From: a virus
Taxonomy: Duplodnaviria > Caudoviricetes
DNA length: 64,000 bases
Reading direction: 5' to 3' (one strand)
IMG/VR virus record: IMGVR_UViG_3300011444_000011
Coordinates: 1 to 64,000 of that record
The position numbers and the translations under genes were made by a program. This document shows positions 57,971 through 64,000 of the stretch, piece after piece. Position 1 is the first letter of the stretch. Each line of letters starts with the position of its first letter. The notes under the pieces were generated by a model. That model saw only the letters and a list, made by a program, of their open reading frames with translations, had not been told where the DNA came from and did no database searches.

Positions 57971-58007
57971 CAACCGGCATAAGCGATTGTATCGCCTATG
58001 CCGGTTG
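57971..58007 (+). terminator. Hairpin terminator
   Basis: CAACCGGCATAAGCGAT-TGT-ATCGCCTATGCCGGTTG. Confidence 0.55.
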
Positions 58008-58144
58008 TTCGGCGTTTGACGATAATATCAATTCTCTGGCCTTCTGACAATCTTGCCGGAATTATTTTGACTTTGTTCGATTGCGTTGTATGATTGATTG
58101 TCGGCGGAAACAATCAACGAACAATCAACAGGGAGCTATCGACT

Positions 58145-58387
58145 ATGACACGCAATCAATGCAATGTGTACCTTGCCGGAATCCTGACGACATTGGCCGA
58201 TATGGGCGCGAATGTTCCCAAGTCGCCGATATACCTTGCAATGGGAATGAACATCGACGATTATCTAACGATTGAACGGGTTATGACGGGTGCAGAGCTT
58301 GTGACGGCCACGACGGAAACGCTAACTTTGACGGATAAAGGGATGGACATGGTCAGGAAGATCAGAGCGGTTATACCGGGTGTATGA
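58145..58387 (+). CDS. Small winged-helix-like protein
   Basis: Follows a promoter cassette; LTLTDKG wing motif. Confidence 0.55.
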   Translation: MTRNQCNVYLAGILTTLADMGANVPKSPIYLAMGMNIDDYLTIERVMTGAELVTATTETLTLTDKGMDMVRKIRAVIPGV

Positions 58388-58471
58388 CCTGGGCCGACTT
58401 TAACGGTCGAAGCGGTGGAACCGCTTCTTCCGTTAGTGCCGATTCTGATACCAATATCAAAGGAACCGATT

Positions 58472-58660
58472 ATGTGGAAACACGGGGATAGAGCGAATGC
58501 ACTGGTTACGCTGGCCTTCCGCCCTGTGCCGGTTGTGATGGAAGTGACGGTTCAATCGGTTGATACTGAAATGCAGAAAGTGCTGGTTGCAACGGATAAT
58601 GGGATTTGGCAGTGGTTGCCGAATACGCTGGTTACTCCGGTTGAAAGGGTCGTGTCGTAA
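58472..58660 (+). CDS. Small SH3-like hypothetical protein
   Basis: Palindrome and AAAGGA RBS; WKHGDRA...VTV...VLV. Confidence 0.5.
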   Translation: MWKHGDRANALVTLAFRPVPVVMEVTVQSVDTEMQKVLVATDNGIWQWLPNTLVTPVERVVS

Positions 58661-58842
58661 TGGACGTTAATACCGCAATTTCCGAAATGAACGATTGTGT
58701 CGATCGTAAGGATTACGACGAAGCTGCCGAATTTGCTCGTAATATCAAACGATGGGTTTGTATGGGTGGATTCGTTCCTGCCGGTTATTCCAAGAAGTCG
58801 CTGCGTGCCGAATGTAACAAAGTCATCGACCTTGCCGGTTAG
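58660..58842 (+). CDS. Hypothetical protein
   Basis: TAATG coupling; W...GGFVP motif. Confidence 0.55.
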   Translation: MDVNTAISEMNDCVDRKDYDEAAEFARNIKRWVCMGGFVPAGYSKKSLRAECNKVIDLAG

Positions 58843-59293
58843 GCCGGCTAGAGGGATTGTATCATGGGTGTCAGACATTACGCAAAGGGGCTTTCTGACG
58901 GTCTTAACGGTCGTGCCTATTATGCACATCGCAACGGTCGTCGCTACGATTCCGAAAACGCCCGCCGATCGTATGATAACGGTCGCAACGAAGGCGCACG
59001 GTTGGCGCGGCTGGAACGGGAGAAACGATAATGCTGACTGTTCGGCTTGAAACGCTTCTGCCGGTTAAGCTGGCAAATCCGATTGTAGTGAATGTGCCTG
59101 AAAATGACTGGCTGTTGCTTTGTGCCGTTGGTATCGGATATTACGACGATAACGATAAGGCTCGTTGTATCGACATTGTCAGTTATGCACAATCTAAGGC
59201 CGTTTGCGGGATTTGATCGGATTTTGTTTGACTTGTCCCGTTTGCGTTGTATGATTGATTGTCAGCCGAAACAATCAACAGGGAGCTATCGCC

Positions 59294-59587
59294 ATGAATA
59301 CCGTTAAAATCGACCGTAACATTCGCAACGCCGTTGCCGGTTGTAGCAGTGGTCCCATTTATTACGGTGGTAAGGGTCTTGCGTGGCACGCCGTTAATAA
59401 CGTCTTGAACGGTTTTAACCTACAGTTGGAACCTGCCGATTGTAGCGGCGATGAGGGTCATACGCTTCTTGAGGTTTGTCCTCAAAGTGAGGATGGTATC
59501 AATCTTGACGATTCTGTCGGTTGTGTCAGTTTTTCCTGGTATCGGATGCCTAGCGGTCGTTACGAATTGACCGTCTATATGCCCTAA
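59294..59587 (+). CDS. Hypothetical protein
   Basis: Follows a promoter cassette; SWYRMPSGRYELTVY. Confidence 0.65.
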   Translation: MNTVKIDRNIRNAVAGCSSGPIYYGGKGLAWHAVNNVLNGFNLQLEPADCSGDEGHTLLEVCPQSEDGINLDDSVGCVSFSWYRMPSGRYELTVYMP

Positions 59588-59961
59588 GACGGTCGTGCGG
59601 GTTGTAACGGCGTCAAATAAATCCCGAAAACTTTTCGGAATTTATTTGACTTTGTTTCCCTGCGCTGTATATTTGAGTGTAACAAATGACACGCAACAAT
59701 CAACAGGGAGCTATCATGGAATACGGCATTCTTTATCTGGTCGCTGCCGCATTTAGTTTCTATACCCTCTTGACGAACAACGTGCGATAATGTCGAAAAC
59801 ACCGATTAACACGAAAGAGACGTTTGAACTGTCTGTAGCGGAAATAACGGCCCTGCTGGCTGAACCGTTTAAGACGGTTGAACTCAATGTGACGGAAATG
59901 CTGGATATGCTGGTCGCCCTGACCGCGTCCGATTCTGACGAATAATCCTGAAAGGCCGATC

Positions 59962-60162
59962 ATGCCGATCATAGCGAAAGTGACGTTGAGGAAGCGTCGT
60001 AACGATTGTGGCGAATATGTCGTTCGTGCCTTTGATGCCAGTGGCAAGCGATTGCCCGAATGTTACTATTATACCGACAATTGGGATGATGCCGTTGAAA
60101 CGGCCCGTGCCATGAATAACGTCATTAACGCCAATGTCGAATTGCCCGATTACGCCATATAG
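59962..60162 (+). CDS. Hypothetical protein
   Basis: GEYVVR...YYTDNWDDAVETA; AAAGG RBS. Confidence 0.6.
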   Translation: MPIIAKVTLRKRRNDCGEYVVRAFDASGKRLPECYYYTDNWDDAVETARAMNNVINANVELPDYAI

Positions 60163-60183
60163 TCCACTTGTGAGGATTGTTCT

Positions 60184-60558
60184 GTGCTTACGCTTAATGA
60201 GCTAATTGATACTGGTATCGAATTCTCTAACCTTGACACCTGTAGCGATAAGGGCAAGTATGAGGGTTGTCCTACCTTTGCCGTTGCTGCTGCATTGTCC
60301 AACGGTGAGGATGATATCGTCTGTTCCGCTCGTGTCTTCTATATCGAACGTGCCGACATTGACGAGTATCCCGATCTTGCCGATTGTGCAGTCTTGCTCG
60401 TTTGGGACGGTGATGACGGTAGTGCTCGCTGGTTGACCTTTGATACTCGTATCGGATATGATGCCTGGGTGGCCAGTACCGATAATGATGAGTGTGATGC
60501 CTGTGATGATGGTGCTGCCAGTGATGACAATACCGATAATATGGGATATCCTGAATAG
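60184..60558 (+). CDS. Acidic hypothetical protein
   Basis: GAGG RBS; GKYEG motif; Asp-rich. Confidence 0.55.
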   Translation: MLTLNELIDTGIEFSNLDTCSDKGKYEGCPTFAVAAALSNGEDDIVCSARVFYIERADIDEYPDLADCAVLLVWDGDDGSARWLTFDTRIGYDAWVASTDNDECDACDDGAASDDNTDNMGYPE

Positions 60559-60669
60559 TAGTTTTATCCTGCATTTGCCGAATGGCTTAGGGATGCCATT
60601 TTTGAGGATATAGTAGTTTACAAATCCTGTAACGGATGCAACACTCAAGATACCTGTACCGATTGCACT

Positions 60670-60972
60670 ATGAACACCGATAATTCTGACAATTCCACCA
60701 ATGATGCCAGTATCATCTATACCAAAGGTGTCGGATGCAACACTCAAGACACCTGTACTGTCTGTACCAATGATACCAGTAGTGCTGGTTGCATGAATCC
60801 TGCATCCGATATCAGTTGTACCGATTGCATGGATCGGGCATCCGGTATCAGTTGTACCAGTTGTACTATTAATATCAATTGTAACGATGCTATCATCTGT
60901 GCTACTTGTATCGGTTCTCCAGATTATGCGGATCGTAGTACCTGGGTGGGTCAAATCGGTCGTGCAAAGTGA
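60670..60972 (+). CDS. Cys/Thr-rich repeat protein (CTxC repeats); start uncertain
   Basis: CTVC, CTDC, CTSC and CATC, plus a DNA direct repeat CGGATGCAACACTCAAGAYACCTGTAC. Confidence 0.4.
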   Translation: MNTDNSDNSTNDASIIYTKGVGCNTQDTCTVCTNDTSSAGCMNPASDISCTDCMDRASGISCTSCTININCNDAIICATCIGSPDYADRSTWVGQIGRAK

Positions 60973-61062
60973 AAGGATTTTCCTGTTAGTGCTGGTGCTC
61001 CATAGACTGAGAAATATCCAAAATTATCAAAGTGACATTTGGAGGCCCGATCCGTGGAAGCT

Positions 61063-61319
61063 AAGATACTGATATCAATATCGCTGACACTTTGATACTG
61101 ATATCAACTCGCACTTTTGATATTGATATCAAACCAGGGTGGGGTTAAATTGATATTAGCATCTGGCATCCGCTGACACTATTGTGACAAAATAATCTTT
61201 CGCCGAATTCCAGAATTTTGGGACTATTCTCTGTGCAGACGGTGCTCAACACTACCATTCGGAACCTAACGATGCTGACGGTTTTTGTCATAAAAGTGTC
61301 AGCGGATGTTAATATCAAT
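61063..61319. promoter_or_regulatory. Cluster of palindrome sites plus a 26-bp inverted repeat upstream of the putative TerS
   Basis: Sites at 61063 (variant), 61092 and 61117. IR CATCCGCTGACACTWTTRTGACAAAA at 61167-61192 / 61283-61308 encloses TTTGGGACTATTCT. Confidence 0.7.
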
Positions 61320-61339
61320 CAGAGTTCTGGGGATGCGAC

Positions 61340-61981
61340 ATGGAAAATACATGGGAACGGGTCAAAGAGCCCGACGATCCACGTCGCTGCCAAGCGGTCG
61401 TAGCACACGGGCAGTGTCTGAACGTGAGTTGCGAGAATTCTGAATACTGTTTGGCCCACGGCGGGCGTCATGGTGCGACGAAGGCCAAAGCCGAAGCCAA
61501 TCGAATGTACAGTCTTGGCAAATGGCGTCAGGCCGTAAGCAAGTTCCAAGACCACGACCAGTTAAAGTCATTGCGGGAAGAAATCGGCTTATTGAGAGTC
61601 ATGATCGACGAACGCATGAATCTGTGCAACGATGCACAAGAACTCATGATGTACTCCGGCCCGTTGTCGGATATGATTATGAAGGTCGAGAAGCTGGTCA
61701 CTTCCTGCAATAAGATCGAGACCCACCTTGCCGGTGTGCTCGATAAGACACAAGCTCTGCAACTGGGACAAGAGATGGTCGAGATTATCGGCCGGCATCT
61801 TGATACCGTTGCGGACAAAGATTTGTTGATTTCCAAAATCAGTTCTGCAATTGAGGACAACCCGGATGTGCTCGACGCGATCGCCGATGCACTAGCGGAC
61901 TGCAAGAGCAAAGAAGACGTGTTGGAGGGAATCTCAAATGATATCATTGCAACGGTGGAAAGACTTGGCAAAACCGGGTAG
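61340..61981 (+). CDS. Putative terminase small subunit (HGGxSTG-like zinc domain)
   Basis: RCQA...C...CLAHGG followed by LREEIGLLR helices. Confidence 0.55.
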   Translation: MENTWERVKEPDDPRRCQAVVAHGQCLNVSCENSEYCLAHGGRHGATKAKAEANRMYSLGKWRQAVSKFQDHDQLKSLREEIGLLRVMIDERMNLCNDAQELMMYSGPLSDMIMKVEKLVTSCNKIETHLAGVLDKTQALQLGQEMVEIIGRHLDTVADKDLLISKISSAIEDNPDVLDAIADALADCKSKEDVLEGISNDIIATVERLGKTG

Positions 61982-62528
61982 CATCGTGGGGTTCAGCGGA
62001 GCAGACCTGCCTTCCGATATCATCAACGTGATGACGGGAGCGTGGCCTCGGTGGGGTCTGAGTCATGTCGGCATGTTGGCCGAGCGTGACAATGACCTGC
62101 TTCTGTTTGAATCGACCACCTTCAACCATAACCCTTGTGTCATCCAGAAGAAGATGTTCTCTGGTACGCAAGCCCAGCACCCGCTGGATAAGATTCAAAC
62201 CTACAATGGCCGTGTCTGGATTTATCAGCCACGGATCAATCTGCGGGAGTGGGAGAAAAGGAATCTCTCACACTACCTGATGAACACCATCGGGATCAAG
62301 TACGATATGATCGGAGCATTACGGTCGGGTGGTCACTTGTTCAACTGGATGGAGTCCAAGTTGCACGGTGAGAACCTGGCTCGCATCTTCTGTTCGGAGT
62401 GGTGTGTCGCAGCGTACAACAGTATTGAACGCTTCGATACCGACGACGACAGCCGATGGAACCCAAACAAGTTCATTCGGGAGTGCAAGGTCAGGGCCAT
62501 TCATCTCAAGCCGGTGAGGGTCAAATGA
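61938..62528 (+). CDS. Permuted papain-like amidase (YaeF/YiiX, permuted NlpC/P60)
   Basis: PGSIV...SHVGM...YD...FCSEWC..AY...P (His precedes Cys). Confidence 0.78.
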   Translation: MISLQRWKDLAKPGSIVGFSGADLPSDIINVMTGAWPRWGLSHVGMLAERDNDLLLFESTTFNHNPCVIQKKMFSGTQAQHPLDKIQTYNGRVWIYQPRINLREWEKRNLSHYLMNTIGIKYDMIGALRSGGHLFNWMESKLHGENLARIFCSEWCVAAYNSIERFDTDDDSRWNPNKFIRECKVRAIHLKPVRVK

Positions 62529-63058
62529 GACTTTTGTTCTTAACTTTGATATTGGTATCAACGACTCTGGTTTCCGCTGGTGAACCACGAATCGTCCTGC
62601 CGCCGAACATCCGACAGAACAACTGGGTTGGTAGCGAAGGCGAAGGGTCATGTGTCCATGCGACCATGACAATGCTTCTTCGATACCAACGCCAGTACCG
62701 GCTTGCGGACTACTGGCGGGCCAATTACCAGAACGGTGAGACGTTTCCCGGCTTGACGACGAAGTTGGAAAAACACGGAGTCAAGTGGGCTGGAACTTAC
62801 AACGAGAATAATGTCAAGTTCCTTGAGTGGGCCATGCGTACCCGTCGCGGGTGCATGGTCACAACGCAAGGCGGCGTCCACATGATTTTGCTCGTCCATC
62901 TCGACAGTAGAGTGGCCGGGATAATTGACAACAATGATCCAGACAAAGTAATCTGGAAAACAAGAACGCAGTTCCTTGACGAGTGGTATGCCTCCAATAG
63001 CTGGGCACTTACGCCTGTCTACACACCACCGCCACCTTCTCTGAGGAGAGCGAAATGA
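62525..63058 (+). CDS. Secreted C39-like cysteine peptidase
   Basis: Signal peptide; GSCVHA, HMILLV, IDNN. Confidence 0.6.
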   Translation: MRLLFLTLILVSTTLVSAGEPRIVLPPNIRQNNWVGSEGEGSCVHATMTMLLRYQRQYRLADYWRANYQNGETFPGLTTKLEKHGVKWAGTYNENNVKFLEWAMRTRRGCMVTTQGGVHMILLVHLDSRVAGIIDNNDPDKVIWKTRTQFLDEWYASNSWALTPVYTPPPPSLRRAK

Positions 63059-63726
63059 ACAAGGCAATGATCTATGGAGTGTTGATGTTTTGTGTCGGGC
63101 TTTCGGCCGGGACGTACCACGAGTATCTGGAACTGAACCAGAAGTTCAACGACATGCCCGTCGTCGAAGCATCGGTTGAGCAGAGGATCGTCAACCTGCC
63201 TGAAGACGGAAAGCTGTACTACACGTCTCTTTTTCTGCCGGCCAATTGGCAAGCTGATCCCAAGTCGAGAGTACTGCGGGCGTGGTTTGATACCAACGTC
63301 ACTCTCTCCAGCTTGCGTAGTCAGACTCACTTCAACGTGGTCACGACTGCTGATGCCCAGTGGAAAACGAAGTATGCACCGACGGTCGGACAAGTACCTT
63401 GCTTGGCACTCACTGATGCAGCCGGCGATGTGGTCTTCAAAGCGTGCTCTGGTAACATCCCGAACGATGCAAAGGTGCTGGCTTCCGCCGTTTCGACTGC
63501 TGTCAGTCGTCGATGCCCGAATCGTCGATGCCCGACGCCCGAGCCGGTTAAGCCCGAACCGGAGCCTGTCCAGCCGGATACGGCACCTATCCTTGATACG
63601 AAAGTTCCTGATCTCACCCCGCCTGCGGAAGAGTTTCCTCTGTGGCTCGGCCTAGTTCTGGGACTCGTCGGCATCGGTGGTGCTGTGCTGCCTGATGTCG
63701 TGAAGAAGTACAAGGCCGTGGGCTGA
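63055..63726 (+). CDS. Exported/membrane protein (possible thioredoxin-like core, Pro linker, C-terminal TM)
   Basis: Hydrophobic segments at both ends; CPNRRCPTPEP linker. Confidence 0.55.
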   Translation: MNKAMIYGVLMFCVGLSAGTYHEYLELNQKFNDMPVVEASVEQRIVNLPEDGKLYYTSLFLPANWQADPKSRVLRAWFDTNVTLSSLRSQTHFNVVTTADAQWKTKYAPTVGQVPCLALTDAAGDVVFKACSGNIPNDAKVLASAVSTAVSRRCPNRRCPTPEPVKPEPEPVQPDTAPILDTKVPDLTPPAEEFPLWLGLVLGLVGIGGAVLPDVVKKYKAVG

Positions 63727-63825
63727 CATTTGATATTGATATCAACTGGAACGCCGGTGGTTCTTGACCGGGTGTAAATGGCTGTGAAACGCCTGCCAGT
63801 TTCCTTCTAACTTCGAGGAGTTACA

Positions 63826-64000
63826 ATGAAAGAGTTTCTTGCAAACCCCATCGTGCATGGGGTGATCGTCTTGGGTCTGGCGTATCTGGTTTCCAAGCTG
63901 TTGTTCAAAGCGGACAAACGGATCGAAGGTCGTCGGCGTAAAGCCATTGACCTGTCCGCCGCTTTGAAAGCGAACGGCATGTCCTGGGTTCCCGACCTGC
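63826..64000 (+). CDS. Membrane protein (partial)
   Basis: GAGGAG RBS; MKEFLANPIVHGVIVLGLAYLVSKLL... runs off the window. Confidence 0.55.
   Translation, partial: MKEFLANPIVHGVIVLGLAYLVSKLLFKADKRIEGRRRKAIDLSAALKANGMSWVPDL

Larger units (their letters stand above)
57134..59718 (+). promoter_or_regulatory. Four repeated sigma70 promoter + leader/RBS cassettes
   Basis: TTGACT-16-TATGAT/TATATT at 58067, 59228 and 59646, with a weaker copy at 57134. Each ends ATCAACAGGGAGCTA-(2-6 nt)-ATG. Confidence 0.75.
1572..63745. repeat. Dispersed quasi-palindrome TGATAY-(CA/TG)-RTATCA (usually TTGATAYnnRTATCAA), at least 32 exact copies
   Basis: 16-mers start at 1572, 2033, 3100, 3970, 8567, 13372, 14374, 16384, 17488, 17675, 20028, 20501, 25098, 30685, 31220, 35987, 38241, 38895, 42990, 46169, 49888, 51050, 52275, 56160, 56836, 57200, 57616, 58445, 61092, 61117, 62546 and 63730. 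Many 1-2 mismatch copies also occur. Confidence 0.95.

Noticed and set aside
1572-63745. Palindrome as simple restriction/methylation sites (GATATC) or a protein-level repeat
   Set aside because: Conservation covers 14-16 bp, many copies lack GATATC, and it appears in different frames and in intergenic DNA.
1572-63745. Palindrome as recombinase crossover sites (shufflon or integron-like)
   Set aside because: The asymmetric CA/TG core is suggestive, but no recombinase is seen in the window. Sites lie inside intact genes, and gene orientation is uniform despite mixed site orientation. Not fully excluded.
1-64000. Genome-wide TAG recoding suggested by a possible CTA anticodon
   Set aside because: Conserved genes are intact in the standard code, and several end properly at TAG (8559, 23642, 55846).
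61938-64000. Host assignment to Planctomycetota from protein style
   Set aside because: This is only an impression from Pro/Cys-rich exported proteins and Tat-like leaders, and it cannot be supported without searches.

Overview
This window is part of a large dsDNA bacteriophage genome (or phage-like element). Almost all genes are densely packed on the + strand, and the standard genetic code appears to be used. Layout: (i) 1-16 kb is a replication module: a divergent AEP primase-polymerase (missing from the ORF track), two full-length ParB-like proteins, an SSB-like protein, SNF2 helicase, metallophosphoesterase, family A DNA polymerase, endonuclease VII, an IscU/SufU-like scaffold, VRR-NUC and a nucleoside deoxyribosyltransferase. 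(ii) 17-53 kb is an accessory region with a sigma-70-like factor, UvrD helicase, ATP-dependent ligase, PD-(D/E)XK and DEDDh nucleases, NUDIX, GNAT, NDK, methyltransferases and many small hypothetical genes. (iii) 53.3-54.6 kb is repeat-rich and non-coding. (iv) 54.7-61 kb looks like an early region with repeated sigma70-type promoter/leader cassettes and a third ParB. (v) From 61.3 kb come a putative terminase small subunit and peptidase/membrane genes. The strongest unexplained signal is the quasi-palindrome TGATAY-(CA/TG)-RTATCA, usually TTGATAYnnRTATCAA. I counted 32 exact copies by eye plus many near matches, both inside genes and before start codons. It co-occurs with five ParB-domain genes and no ParA in the window, which suggests a candidate phage multi-ParB/dispersed-site system. 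Other strong oddities are four tRNA-like genes that all have abnormal anticodon arms, and a zinc-finger protein family whose members carry isolated fragments resembling PolA, RuvC, helicase, ParB and terminase motifs. All calls come from motif recognition by eye; no database searches were run.
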